The notes beneath the pieces were generated by a model, which worked only from the letters and a program-made list of their open reading frames with translations, was not told the origin of the DNA and ran no database searches. From NCBI GenBank assembly GCA_964252075.1, contig CAXULY010000002.1, forward strand, positions 128,001-192,000: 64,000 nt of DNA. The letters are read 5' to 3'. This DNA is from an uncultured Deinococcaceae bacterium. GTDB taxonomy: Bacteria > Deinococcota > Deinococci > Deinococcales > Deinococcaceae. Positions 9,727 to 19,788 of this stretch are shown here, in pieces. Position 1 is the stretch's first letter; each line of letters opens with the position of its first letter. Position numbers and translations under genes: made by a program.

Positions 9727-11922
9727 ATGAAGAAAGCGGTTGTCCTGCTGGCTGGACTCACAGCCACCCTCAGCGCCTGTGGCGCCCCACCCGACGCGCC
9801 CGCACACGCCACCCTCACGCCGCTGGCCGCGTGCAGCAGCACGAACATCGCGCTGAACCGCCCAGCGAGCGCGTCCAGCACCGAGAACGGCGGCACGCCC
9901 GCGCAGGCAGCGGTGGACGGGAATGCCAGTACCCGCTGGTCCAGCGCCTTCAGCGACCCCCAGTGGCTCCAGGTGGACCTCGGCAGCAGCCAGGCACTGT
10001 GCCAAGTCACGATCCAGTGGGAGGCCGCGTACGCGCGGACCTTCCAGATGCTGGTGTCCAACGACCAGACGAACTGGACGCCCGCCAGCGCCGTCACCAC
10101 CGGCACGCCCGGCACGCAGACCGTCGCCGTGAGCGGCTCGGGCCGCTACCTGCGCCTGAACGCCACGCAGCGCGCCACCGGGTACGGCGACTCCCTGTAC
10201 GAACTGCTGGTGTTCCCCACCGGGAGCGGCACCACCCTCCCCACCAGCGACACCCCGAACTTCGGCCCGAACGTCAAGGTGTACGACCCGAGCGTGCCCG
10301 CCAGCACCATCCAGGCGGACCTCGACGCGGCCTTCAACGCGCAGCTCCGCAACGCCAGCGCGCAGTTCGGGAACCAGCGCGCCACGTTCCTCTTCAAGCC
10401 CGGCAGTTACAACGTGTACGCGAACCTGGGCTTCTACACGACCGTCGCGGGCCTCGGCCTGAACCCGGACGACGTGACCATCACCAACAACATCAACGTG
10501 GACAGCGGCTGGAACGCCGGCGACGAGAAGAACGCCACACAGAACTTCTGGCGCTCCGCCGAGAACCTCGCGGTGCTGCCCGCCGGAGGCACCACCCGCT
10601 GGGCGGTGTCGCAGGCGGCCCCCATGCGGCGCGTGCACATCCGCGGCGCGCTCACGCTCGGGCCGTCCAACCAGGACTACGGGCAGGGGTACTCCAGCGG
10701 CGGCTTCATCGCGGAGAGCAAGGTGGATGGCCGCGTCACGTCCGGCTCGCAGCAGCAGTGGTACACGCGCGACAGCAACCTCGGCGGGTGGGACGGCTCG
10801 AACTGGAACATGGTGTTCAGCGGCGTGACGGGCGCCCCCGCCCAGAGCTTCCCCACCCCGCCGTACACGACGCTCGGCAGCACCCCCGCGTCGCGCGACA
10901 AGCCGTACCTGTACTTCGCGAACGGGAAGTACGCGGTGTTCGTGCCGAGCCTGCGCACGAACGCCAGCGGCGCCGCGTGGCCCGGTACGCCCGGCACCAG
11001 CGTCCCCATGAGTCAGTTCTACGTCGCGCGCCCCACCGACAGCACCGCGACACTGAACGCCGCGCTCAGCCAGGGCCTCAACCTGTTCCTCACGCCTGGC
11101 GTGTACCACCTCAGCGAGACGCTGAACGTCACGCGCGCGAACACCGTCGTGCTGGGCCTGGGCTTCCCCACGCTGGTGCCGGACGGCGGCGTGAACGCCA
11201 TGCGCGTCGCGGACGTGGACGGCGTGCGCATTGCCGGACTGCTCTTCGACGCGGGCACCACGAACAGCCAGGCGCTCCTCACGGTGGGCGTGGCGGGCGC
11301 GCACACCAGCCACGCCGCGAACCCCAGCTCCGTTCAGGACGTGTACTTCCGCATCGGCGGCGCCGTCGCGGGCAAGGCCACCACCAGCCTCATCGTGAAC
11401 AGCGATTATGCCCTCGTGGATCACATCTGGGCGTGGCGCGCCGACCACGGGAACGCCCCCACGGGCTGGACCGTGAACACCGCCGACACGGGACTCATCG
11501 TGAACGGCGACCACGTCCTCGCGACCGGGCTGTTCGTGGAGCACTACCAGAAGTACGAGGTGATCTGGAACGGCCAGGACGGCAGGACCATCTTCTTCCA
11601 GAACGAACTCCCCTACGACCCGCCCAGCCAGGCGGCGTGGCGCAGCGGCGCGAACGGCTACGCGGCGTACAAGGTCGCGGACGGCGTCACGACGCACGAG
11701 GCGTGGGGCGTCGGCAGTTACGCGTACTTCAACGTGAACCCGTCCATCCACGCGGACCGCGCCTTCGAGGTGCCCAGCACGCCCGGCGTGCGCATTCACG
11801 ACGCGCTGACCGTGTCACTCGGCAACGTGGGCTTCATTGACCACGTGGTGAACAACGCGGGCGCCGCCGTCCCCATCCCCGGCACAAACACGCAGCCCAG
11901 CGACCTCGTCAGCTACCCCTGA
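9727..11922 (+). CDS. Lipoprotein with CBM32 (F5/8) and GH55-like exo-beta-1,3-glucanase
   Basis: Lipobox LSAC; F5/8 motif AVDGNASTRWSS...QWLQVDLG; NATQNFWRSAEN, WAVSQAAPMRR and FFQNELPYD resemble bacterial GH55. Confidence 0.82.
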   Translation: MKKAVVLLAGLTATLSACGAPPDAPAHATLTPLAACSSTNIALNRPASASSTENGGTPAQAAVDGNASTRWSSAFSDPQWLQVDLGSSQALCQVTIQWEAAYARTFQMLVSNDQTNWTPASAVTTGTPGTQTVAVSGSGRYLRLNATQRATGYGDSLYELLVFPTGSGTTLPTSDTPNFGPNVKVYDPSVPASTIQADLDAAFNAQLRNASAQFGNQRATFLFKPGSYNVYANLGFYTTVAGLGLNPDDVTITNNINVDSGWNAGDEKNATQNFWRSAENLAVLPAGGTTRWAVSQAAPMRRVHIRGALTLGPSNQDYGQGYSSGGFIAESKVDGRVTSGSQQQWYTRDSNLGGWDGSNWNMVFSGVTGAPAQSFPTPPYTTLGSTPASRDKPYLYFANGKYAVFVPSLRTNASGAAWPGTPGTSVPMSQFYVARPTDSTATLNAALSQGLNLFLTPGVYHLSETLNVTRANTVVLGLGFPTLVPDGGVNAMRVADVDGVRIAGLLFDAGTTNSQALLTVGVAGAHTSHAANPSSVQDVYFRIGGAVAGKATTSLIVNSDYALVDHIWAWRADHGNAPTGWTVNTADTGLIVNGDHVLATGLFVEHYQKYEVIWNGQDGRTIFFQNELPYDPPSQAAWRSGANGYAAYKVADGVTTHEAWGVGSYAYFNVNPSIHADRAFEVPSTPGVRIHDALTVSLGNVGFIDHVVNNAGAAVPIPGTNTQPSDLVSYP

Positions 11923-11935
11923 CCCCGGAGGCCCC

Positions 11936-13231
11936 ATGCACCGTCCCCTCATGACCCTGGCGGGCCTCGCGCTGCTCCTCGCGAGCTGCGGCGCGCCGCA
12001 GACCGACCCCGCGCGCCCCAGCCTCGCGCCGCAGGCCGTCACGAAGAGCCCCAAGCGCGGCATCGCCTACGACCTCGCCACGCCCGCCGACCTGACGGCC
12101 CTCGCGCCCGGCGTGAGCTGGTGGTACAACTGGAGCCCCACCCGAAACGCGGGCGTCACCGCGGACGACGCCGCGCGCGCCAGCATGGATTTCGTGCCGA
12201 TGCTCTGGAACGGCAGTTTCGACACCGCCACCGCCGAACGCCAGATCCGCGCGAACCCGCAGGTGCAGTACCTGCTGGTGCTGAACGAACCGAACCTCAC
12301 CGACCAGTCCAACACCACCCCCAGCCAGGCGGCGGCGCTGTGGCCGCGCTACGAGCAGGTCGCGGCGGACACCGGCGTGAAACTCGTGGGGCCCGCCATG
12401 AACTGGGGCACCATGAGCGGCTACGCCGACCCCGTCGCGTGGCTCGACGCGTTCTACGCCGCGTACCGTGCGGGCCACGGCGGGCGCGACCCGCGCATCG
12501 ACGCACTCGCGTTTCACTGGTACGATTACGGCCTCGCCGCGCAGCTGGACCGCCTGAAGAATTACGGCAAGCCCATCTGGGTGACGGAGTTCGCGAACTG
12601 GCACAGCCAGCAAGACGGCGCGCAGATCGACACGCTCGCCAAGCAGGAAGCGCAGATGAAGGACATGGTCGCCACGCTGGAGGCGCGGCCCGACGTGCAG
12701 CGGTACGCGTGGTTCACGGGCCGCTGGGGGAACGACCCGCACTTCACGAGCCTGCTCGGCGCGAACGGGCAGCTCACGGACCTCGGGCGGTACTACCTGT
12801 CCCTGCCCGCCGCGGGCGGCACCACCAGCACCTGCAGCAGCACGAACATCGCGCTGAACCGCCCGGCGAGCGCGTCCAGCACCGAGAACGGCGGCACGCC
12901 CGCGCAGGCGGCGGTGGACGGGAATGCCAGTACCCGCTGGTCCAGCGCCTTCAGCGACCCCCAGTGGCTTCAGGTGGACCTCGGCAGCAGCCGGGTCATC
13001 TGTGGGCTCACGGTGCAGTGGGAGGCGGCGTACGCCAGCGGCTTCAACGTGCAGGTCTCCAACGATCAGGCGAACTGGACGACGATTTACAGCACCACGG
13101 CCGGGACGGGCGGCACGCAGGTCATCACGCCGACGGCGAGCGCCAGCGGGCGGTTCGTGCGCCTGAACGCCACGAAACGCGCCACCGGGTACGGCGACTC
13201 CATCTTCGAGCTGCAGGTGCGCGGCCAGTAA
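11936..13231 (+). CDS. Lipoprotein with GH128-like beta-1,3-glucanase and C-terminal CBM32
   Basis: Lipobox LASC; KRGIAY, WWYNW, LNEPN, PIWVTEF and RYAWF motifs; GGAGG RBS. Confidence 0.82.
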   Translation: MHRPLMTLAGLALLLASCGAPQTDPARPSLAPQAVTKSPKRGIAYDLATPADLTALAPGVSWWYNWSPTRNAGVTADDAARASMDFVPMLWNGSFDTATAERQIRANPQVQYLLVLNEPNLTDQSNTTPSQAAALWPRYEQVAADTGVKLVGPAMNWGTMSGYADPVAWLDAFYAAYRAGHGGRDPRIDALAFHWYDYGLAAQLDRLKNYGKPIWVTEFANWHSQQDGAQIDTLAKQEAQMKDMVATLEARPDVQRYAWFTGRWGNDPHFTSLLGANGQLTDLGRYYLSLPAAGGTTSTCSSTNIALNRPASASSTENGGTPAQAAVDGNASTRWSSAFSDPQWLQVDLGSSRVICGLTVQWEAAYASGFNVQVSNDQANWTTIYSTTAGTGGTQVITPTASASGRFVRLNATKRATGYGDSIFELQVRGQ

Positions 13232-13369
13232 GGAGGGCACGCGGGGCCCACCGTGCCTGAACGGTGGACCCCGCCTGTTGCTGATGAAGCGCGGGCCTCA
13301 CGGCAGGGGCACCTCCGGTACATTGGGGGGCAGGATGCCGGACGGGCGCGGGGCGACGGGAGGCCAGGG

Positions 13370-14275
13370 GTGCCCCTGAGCATCCCCGAGGTGGTGCTGC
13401 AGGATGGCGCGCGGCTGTTCGTGGCGTCGCTGGCGCTCACGACGCTAGCGCAGCAGGTCCCGCGCCGCAACGCGTTCTACACCCTCGCGTGGCTGAGCGG
13501 CGCGCCCGCCACCCTCCTGTGCGACGGCGTCCGTCACGAGGTGCCGCCCGGCTCGCTCGCCTTCATCACGCCCGGGCAGGTGCACCGCTGGGAAGCCGGT
13601 CCGCCCGGAGCGACCGTGGACCTGCTGGGGTTCCTGCCGGACGTGTTCACCGGGAAGCTGCTGGACGTGCGGCTGGTGACGGACCTGCCGTTCTTCCGCG
13701 CGGACGGCCCCACCGTCCTCACCGCGCCTGCCGAAACGCGCGAGGCGCTGGACGTGCTGTTCCGGCAGGCGGAGCGGCGGTACGCGCGGCTCGCCACGCG
13801 CGAGGCGCAGAAGCCCTTCATGACGCTCCCCCGGCGGGCCGAGGCGCTCCTGCTGGCGTACCTGCACACCATCCTGGCGGAAGCGGCGGGCATCGAGGTG
13901 GACGCCAGCGCGCCGCCCGCGAGCGGGGCGGACACCCGGCTCGCGCGGTTGTTCCGCTTCCACGCGGAGGGCAACGTCGCCCGGCGGTACGGCGTCGCGC
14001 ATTACGCGCGGGCGCTGAACGTCACGCCGGACCACCTGACGCGCGTGGTGCGGCGCGTGACGGGCCGCACGCCGAGCGCGTGGCTGCAGGCGCGCCTGCT
14101 GCTGGAGGCGCGCCGACTGCTGACCTTCACCGACCAGCCCATCGAGGGCATCGCGGAGCGCCTGGGCTTCCCGACCGCCACGCAGTTCAGCCAGTGGTTC
14201 CGGCGCGAGGCCGGGCAGACGCCAAGCGACGCGCGCCGCCAGCGTGGCGCCACATCGGATTCTCAACAGTCCTGA
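13370..14275 (+). CDS. AraC family transcriptional regulator
   Basis: Cupin-like FITPGQVH; C-terminal double HTH; GGGAGG RBS before GTG 13370 (ORF is open from 13253). Confidence 0.88.
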   Translation: MPLSIPEVVLQDGARLFVASLALTTLAQQVPRRNAFYTLAWLSGAPATLLCDGVRHEVPPGSLAFITPGQVHRWEAGPPGATVDLLGFLPDVFTGKLLDVRLVTDLPFFRADGPTVLTAPAETREALDVLFRQAERRYARLATREAQKPFMTLPRRAEALLLAYLHTILAEAAGIEVDASAPPASGADTRLARLFRFHAEGNVARRYGVAHYARALNVTPDHLTRVVRRVTGRTPSAWLQARLLLEARRLLTFTDQPIEGIAERLGFPTATQFSQWFRREAGQTPSDARRQRGATSDSQQS

Positions 14276-14400
14276 GCGGTACCTGAACTTCCCGCAGGAA
14301 GGCGCGCAACCTATCCTGGTGTTCAGCGGGCGAGGCGCCCCAACGGATTCACAACCGCACCTCACCACGGTCCTGCATGCGCGGGAACGGAGGCATCACC

Positions 14401-14556
14401 ATGGCCACCACCACCCTGGTCCGCCTGAGCGCCGTCCTGCTGGGCGTTCACACCATGGCCCTGGCCCTGCTCATGCAGGACAGCGGGCCGCCACCGCAGG
14501 CGCCGGACCGCGCGCCACCCCCCACCCCACAGCAGTCCAGAGGAGTTCAACCGTGA
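14401..14556 (+). CDS. Putative 51-aa small protein (hydrophobic N-terminus, Pro-rich tail)
   Basis: GGAGG RBS 7 nt before the ATG; its TGA overlaps the GTG of the next gene. Confidence 0.4.
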   Translation: MATTTLVRLSAVLLGVHTMALALLMQDSGPPPQAPDRAPPPTPQQSRGVQP

Positions 14557-15548
14557 CCACCATGAACGCCGTTGTCGTGCACGAGCCGGGCGGACCAGAA
14601 GTCTTGCAGGTCGAGGCCCGCCCCATCCCCACGCCGCAGGTCGGCGAGGTGCTCATTCACGTGAAAGCCTTCGGCCTGAACCGCTCCGAGCTGTTCACCC
14701 GCCAGGGCCACTCGCCCGGCGTGCGCTTCCCTCGGGTGCTGGGCATCGAGGCGGTCGGCGTGGTCGAGGCGGCCCCCGGAGGGGAACTCCAGCCGGGCGA
14801 CACCGTCGCGACCGTGATGGGCGGCATGGGGCGCGACTTCGACGGCGGGTACGCGGAGTTCACATGCGTGCCCGCACGGCAGGTGCTGGCCCTGCACACG
14901 GACCTGCCGTGGGCGACGCTCGGCGCCCTCCCGGAGATGCTGCAGACCGCGTGGGGCTCGCTTTTCACGGCGCTGCGCGTGGAGTCAGGCGACCAGTTGC
15001 TCATCCGGGGCGGCACGACCTCGGTGGGCCTCGCGGCGGCCGCCCTCGCGCGGCAGCGCGGGGCGCGCGTGACGTCCACCACCCGCAGCGCGGACCGCGC
15101 GGACCTGCTGCGCGCCGCTGGCGCGCACGAGGTGCTGGTGGACGAAGGGAACGTCGCGGCGCAGGTCGCGCACCGCGGCCAGGGCGCCTTCGATCACGTG
15201 CTGGAACTCATCGGGACGACGACGCTGGAGGATTCCCTGCGCTGCGTCCGTCCGGGCGGCGTGGTGTGCATGACGGGCATCGTGGGCAACGCGTGGTCCC
15301 TGCGGGACTTCGCGCCGATGGACGCCATCCCGAGCGCCGTGCGCCTCACGGCGTACGGCGGCACCGCGGCGGACTTCCTGCGCACCCCCTTCGAGGCGCT
15401 CGCCGCGCACGTCAGCTCGGGCGCGCTGCCCATCCGTGTGGGCCGCACCTTCCACCTGAACGACATCGTGGAGGCGCACCGCTGCATGGAGGAGAACCGC
15501 GCGGGCGGGAAGATCGTGGTGCTGACGGACCGCGCCGACCTCACCTGA
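14553..15548 (+). CDS. Zn-independent MDR quinone oxidoreductase/alcohol dehydrogenase family
   Basis: [26 protein letters not shown] and EAHRCME..GKIVV motifs; start at 14553 or 14562. Confidence 0.9.
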   Translation: MTTMNAVVVHEPGGPEVLQVEARPIPTPQVGEVLIHVKAFGLNRSELFTRQGHSPGVRFPRVLGIEAVGVVEAAPGGELQPGDTVATVMGGMGRDFDGGYAEFTCVPARQVLALHTDLPWATLGALPEMLQTAWGSLFTALRVESGDQLLIRGGTTSVGLAAAALARQRGARVTSTTRSADRADLLRAAGAHEVLVDEGNVAAQVAHRGQGAFDHVLELIGTTTLEDSLRCVRPGGVVCMTGIVGNAWSLRDFAPMDAIPSAVRLTAYGGTAADFLRTPFEALAAHVSSGALPIRVGRTFHLNDIVEAHRCMEENRAGGKIVVLTDRADLT

Positions 15549-15571
15549 CGCACTGGTACGGCGCTCGGGCG

Positions 15572-15715
15572 TTACGCGCCGTAGGTCGCGATGAGCGCCC
15601 AGATGAAGGTGGTGGTCAACAGCGCCACACCCACGGAGAGGACCGTGGTGGCGTTCCGCACGCGGACGCGGACGTCCTGTCGCCATGCCGGGACGGCCGG
15701 TTGGTGTTGAATCAT
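15572..15715 (-). CDS. Putative 47-aa single-TM protein
   Basis: MIQHQPAVPAWRQDVRVRVRNATTVLSVGVALLTTTFIWALIATYGA; fills an intergenic gap; host-like codons. Confidence 0.5.
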   Translation of the reverse strand: MIQHQPAVPAWRQDVRVRVRNATTVLSVGVALLTTTFIWALIATYGA

Positions 15716-15784
15716 GCCTCATCTGACACCCATTCAGGGCGGGTGTCGCGCAGATGTGCGGCGGCCCGGCGCGAGCAGGAGGGG

Positions 15785-15809
15785 GCGGGCGCACCGAACC
15801 TGCGCCCGC
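15785..15809 (-). terminator. Hairpin downstream of the S51 peptidase gene
   Basis: GCGGGCGCA-7 nt-TGCGCCCGC. Confidence 0.45.
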
Positions 15810-15817
15810 GGCTTCGC

Positions 15818-16573
15818 TCAGGGCGCGGCGGGCTGGGTGTTCCCCACGTGAACGGACACCGTCACGCCGCGCGCGCTGGGTGTCACGTGGTACGCCGACC
15901 CCAGGCCGTGCACCGTCATCGCGCCATCGCGCACGTGCAGCATGGTGTCCTCGTCCACCGCCCAGCCTGAAGGGATGAGTCCGGCGTCCACCGCGTGCAC
16001 GAGGCGCGACAGTGTGCCCCACTGGCTGGCGTGCACATCCACCGCGAAGGGCACGAGGCCCAGCCCGCGCCGCACGCTGACGGCGTCTAGGTCCTCCGCC
16101 GCGTCGTCGTTCGTGACGGGCACCGGCCGCCCCGCGCGCTCCAACCGCCAGCCCCCGACGAGCGCGCCGGTCGCCGCGATGGCCGCGCCCGCGGAGAACC
16201 CCCCGAAGGGCAGCCGCGCGCGCCGCACGTCCTCCAACCACCCCTGGTCCTGGCACAGCGCCGCCTGGTACAGCGGCGTGAGGCCCCCGCACACGAACAC
16301 CGCGCTGGGGTTCAGGGCCCCCAGGGCCTGGCGGGTGAGGGGCTGCGCCTCATCCACGAAGAGCGGGGCGACCTGCGGCGCGCCGCCGCCCAGCGCGCCG
16401 AACACCGCCGCGTACCGCGCGAACTCCGCTTCCGCGTCCATACCCAGCTCGACCGCGATCACCAGCGCGATCATCGGGTGGCCGCCTGCGCTGGCCGCCT
16501 CTGTGAAGCGCCGGTAGGTGAAGGGTCGGGCCTCAGGCCGCCAGCCTCCACCGAAGAGAAATACATCCATCAC
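15818..16573 (-). CDS. Peptidase S51 family (cyanophycinase/peptidase E-like)
   Basis: VFVCGG, nucleophile elbow GFSAGA, GLGLVPFAVDVH and VDEDT motifs; GAAGGAG RBS. Confidence 0.8.
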   Translation of the reverse strand: MMDVFLFGGGWRPEARPFTYRRFTEAASAGGHPMIALVIAVELGMDAEAEFARYAAVFGALGGGAPQVAPLFVDEAQPLTRQALGALNPSAVFVCGGLTPLYQAALCQDQGWLEDVRRARLPFGGFSAGAAIAATGALVGGWRLERAGRPVPVTNDDAAEDLDAVSVRRGLGLVPFAVDVHASQWGTLSRLVHAVDAGLIPSGWAVDEDTMLHVRDGAMTVHGLGSAYHVTPSARGVTVSVHVGNTQPAAP

Positions 16574-16654
16574 TCGCTCCTTCCCCCTTGCGGGCTGACG
16601 TCATGATCGGGGTTCACGGGTGACCGGCCGATGACGGGCGTTCCGCGCGCCCGT

Positions 16655-17431
16655 TCAGGGCTGCGGCGCGAGGCCCACCGTGAAGTCCGCGAAGGGCCCG
16701 TACTGGGGGCTCCTGCGGAAGGTGATGGTGACGCTCGACCGCCAGTCGTCCGCGTCCCGCGGGAGCAGCAGCATGGCCTGCGCGGGGCCGCCTTTCGGCA
16801 CGTACCGGGCCGTGACACGGTACCGCCCGATCGGCACGTCCTGAATGGCCGGGCCCGTCACGAACCGCTTGAGTGGCTTGCCCGCGCTGCCGTCGATGAG
16901 GGGACCGTCCGGGGTGAGGGTGAACTCCACCTGATCCATCTCGAAGTCGCCGCCGCGCCCGCTGGTGTACGGCCACACCATCCCGCCGTACCACCCGCCG
17001 CCCTCGCGTTCGCCGGAGATGACGAGGGTGAAGTTGCGCACGGCGCCCGCAGCGCTGGGGAACGCCGCGGTCTGGTCCACGTTGAGGTCCAGTTCGAACC
17101 ACTCGCCGTTGAACTTCGCCTTGAAGCGCCCGCCCGCGCGCCACGTGCCGGGCTGGTCGTGCGGCAGCGGGATGCTGTAGCGGCCCTGCGCGTCCGTGGT
17201 CGCCAGCGCGTTCATGTTGTAGTACAGGGTGTTGTCGGCCCACACCTCGACGCCCGCGAGGGGCTTCCCGGCGGCGTTCTTCACGGTGCCGCGCATGGTG
17301 TACGGCGTGGGGGTGCTGGCGTTCGTCGCGGCGGTGGGGGCGGGCTTGCTGGTGTGGGCGGTGGGTGCGGCGCCGCTGGTGGCGAGCGTGGCGCTGAGCA
17401 GCAGGGCCGTGAACAGTCTGGGTGCGTGCAT
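16655..17431 (-). CDS. Secreted protein with carboxypeptidase-regulatory-like domain
   Basis: Signal peptide, Ala/Thr/Pro linker, GTVKNAAGKPLAGVEV...TDAQGRYSI; AAGGAG RBS. Confidence 0.75.
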   Translation of the reverse strand: MHAPRLFTALLLSATLATSGAAPTAHTSKPAPTAATNASTPTPYTMRGTVKNAAGKPLAGVEVWADNTLYYNMNALATTDAQGRYSIPLPHDQPGTWRAGGRFKAKFNGEWFELDLNVDQTAAFPSAAGAVRNFTLVISGEREGGGWYGGMVWPYTSGRGGDFEMDQVEFTLTPDGPLIDGSAGKPLKRFVTGPAIQDVPIGRYRVTARYVPKGGPAQAMLLLPRDADDWRSSVTITFRRSPQYGPFADFTVGLAPQP

Positions 17432-17622
17432 GCTGAATCTCCTTGTCCGCCTGCGCGGGTGTGCAGGCACAGTACGGGGCGCGGGATGGCACGCCGATGG
17501 CGCCCCGCACGGCCGTCCGGCCTGCGCGGGGCCGAGCGTCACGGCGGCCTGGAGTGCCCCGCCTGCGGTCGCGGTGCCTTTTTTCCCGGCGGGGCGGGGC
17601 GCCAACCCGCTATCTTGCCGTC

Positions 17623-19788
17623 ATGCCTGACGCCCACGCGAGTGACCTGCGCCTGCGCCTCGCCCTGCGGGCCGCCCGACAGGGCGCCTGGGAGTACGAC
17701 CTGACGCAGAACGCCGGGTACCGCTCGCCGGAACTGCAGGCCCTCCTGGGCGTTCGGAACCCGCAGCCGACCCTGGCGGATTACCTCGGCAACGTGCAGG
17801 AGGAGGACCGCCCGCGCGTCCTGCAGGCGTTCCAGCAGCTGAGCCGCGGTGAGCGCGACGAGTCGGTGCTGCAGTACCGCTTCGTGCGCGATGACGGGCA
17901 GGCGCTGTGGGTGGAGCAGCACACCTTCGTGGAGCGCGACACGCAGGGCCGCGCCGTCCGGCTGTTCGGCCTGTCCCGCGACGTGACCGCCGCGCGGCAG
18001 CTGCAGGACGAACTGCAGGACCTGAACGCGACGCTTGAGGCGCGCGTCGCGCAGCGCACGCAGGAACTCGCGGACCGCACGGTCGCGCTGGACGCCTTCG
18101 TGGAGTTCACGGAGGCGGTCGGCACCGAGACGGACGTGCTGCCCCTCGTGCAGCAGGCCATCCGCGTGCTGCGCGCCACCATGGGTGAGGTGAGCGTCGC
18201 GTACTACGAGGTGCGCGGCGGCCTGTGGCGGGCGCAGGCGTGGTCGGAGGACCTCACGCCGGACGTCGTGGCGGAAATCCGCGCGGGCGTGCCGGAGGAC
18301 GCGCCGGACTTCCGGGAGGCCCTCACGTCGCGCGCGCCGGTCTTCGCGGACGGCTGGGACGCCACCCTGAACCGCCTGCCCGCCACGGAGTCGTACGGCG
18401 CGGTGGCGCTCTTCCCGTACTTCGAGCGGGGTCAGGCGCACGGCCTGCTGGCGGTGGGCACGCAGTCGCGCGTCACGTGGTCGCAGCGGGACCGCGCGTC
18501 CATCCGGGCGGTGGGGCGCAGCCTCGCGCTGGCGCTCGACAGGGCGGACGCGGCGCGGCAGCTCTCGGAGCGCAACGCGCAGCTCGCCGCGCGCACGGAG
18601 GCGCTGGAGCGCTTCGCGGACCTCACGCGCGACCTGTCCGTCACAGCGGACCCCTACGCCCTCATCGAGCGGGCGGAGGCGACGGTCCTCACGCTGCTGC
18701 CCCCGGGGTACGCCGCCTTCTGGGAGGTGCGCGATGGGCGCTGGCACGCCACGCGGCTCACGGGGGACGTGGGGAGCGCGGACCTTGAGGTGACCATCGA
18801 GGCGGGCCTGCCCGTCGGGGAGACGCCCACCCTCGACCTTCCCGCCCAGTCCCGCACGCCCTTCTACCAGGACGTGTACCCGCAGGGCGCGGACACGCCC
18901 GCCGAGGTGGTGCGCCACGTGAACGCCGTCGCGACCCTCCCCGTGCTGGTGGGGGACGACGTGGTGGGGGTCTTCAACGTGCCGCTGTTCCATGAGCGCA
19001 GCTGGAGTGCCGCGGACCGCACGGTGCTGGAAACGGTGGTGCGCAGCCTGGGCCTCGCGCTGGAACGCGCGCGCGGCGTGGAGCAGCTGGCGCGCAGCAA
19101 CCAGGAGCTGCAGGCGGCGAACGAGGGCCTGGAGGCCTTCACGTACAGCGTCTCGCACGACCTCATGACGCCCGTGCGGCACGTGTCGAGCTTCTCGGAC
19201 CTCGCCCTCAGGAGCGTCGAGGACCCGGAGCGCACGCAGCGGTACCTGAGCATCATCAACCAGGCGGCGCGGCGCATGTCGAACCTCATTGAGGCGCTGC
19301 TGCAGCTCTCGCGGCTGGGTCGCCGGGACCTGCAGATGGGGCCGGTGGACCTGCAGGCACTGGTGGAGGAGGCGCGGCAGGACGTGACGCGCGACCTGCC
19401 GGAGCGGCGCATCCGCTGGCACGTGCACCCGCTGCCCACCGTGCACGGGGACCCCGACACCCTGCAGCTGGTGCTCGGGAACCTGCTGGACAACGCCGTG
19501 AAGTACACGCGGGAGCGCGAGGAGGCCGTCATTGAGGTGTGGGCGGAGGAGCGGCCGGACGCCTGGGCGGTGTTCGTGCGGGACAACGGTGCGGGCTTCG
19601 ACCCGCAGTTCGCGGACAAGCTGTTCACGGTGTTCCAGCGCCTGCACCGCCAGGAGGAATTCGAGGGGACCGGCATCGGCCTGACGAACGTGCGGCGCAT
19701 CGTGACGCGCCACGGCGGGACGGTCGGGGCCACCGCGCGGCCGGGGGAGGGCGCCACCTTCAGCTTCACGCTCCCGAAGGAACGCTAG
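17623..19788 (+). CDS. PAS/GAF sensor histidine kinase
   Basis: PAS_3-like N-terminus, two GAF-like repeats, H-box SVSHDLMTP, N/G boxes NLLDNAVKY, DNGAGF and GTGIGL. Confidence 0.93.
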   Translation: MPDAHASDLRLRLALRAARQGAWEYDLTQNAGYRSPELQALLGVRNPQPTLADYLGNVQEEDRPRVLQAFQQLSRGERDESVLQYRFVRDDGQALWVEQHTFVERDTQGRAVRLFGLSRDVTAARQLQDELQDLNATLEARVAQRTQELADRTVALDAFVEFTEAVGTETDVLPLVQQAIRVLRATMGEVSVAYYEVRGGLWRAQAWSEDLTPDVVAEIRAGVPEDAPDFREALTSRAPVFADGWDATLNRLPATESYGAVALFPYFERGQAHGLLAVGTQSRVTWSQRDRASIRAVGRSLALALDRADAARQLSERNAQLAARTEALERFADLTRDLSVTADPYALIERAEATVLTLLPPGYAAFWEVRDGRWHATRLTGDVGSADLEVTIEAGLPVGETPTLDLPAQSRTPFYQDVYPQGADTPAEVVRHVNAVATLPVLVGDDVVGVFNVPLFHERSWSAADRTVLETVVRSLGLALERARGVEQLARSNQELQAANEGLEAFTYSVSHDLMTPVRHVSSFSDLALRSVEDPERTQRYLSIINQAARRMSNLIEALLQLSRLGRRDLQMGPVDLQALVEEARQDVTRDLPERRIRWHVHPLPTVHGDPDTLQLVLGNLLDNAVKYTREREEAVIEVWAEERPDAWAVFVRDNGAGFDPQFADKLFTVFQRLHRQEEFEGTGIGLTNVRRIVTRHGGTVGATARPGEGATFSFTLPKER

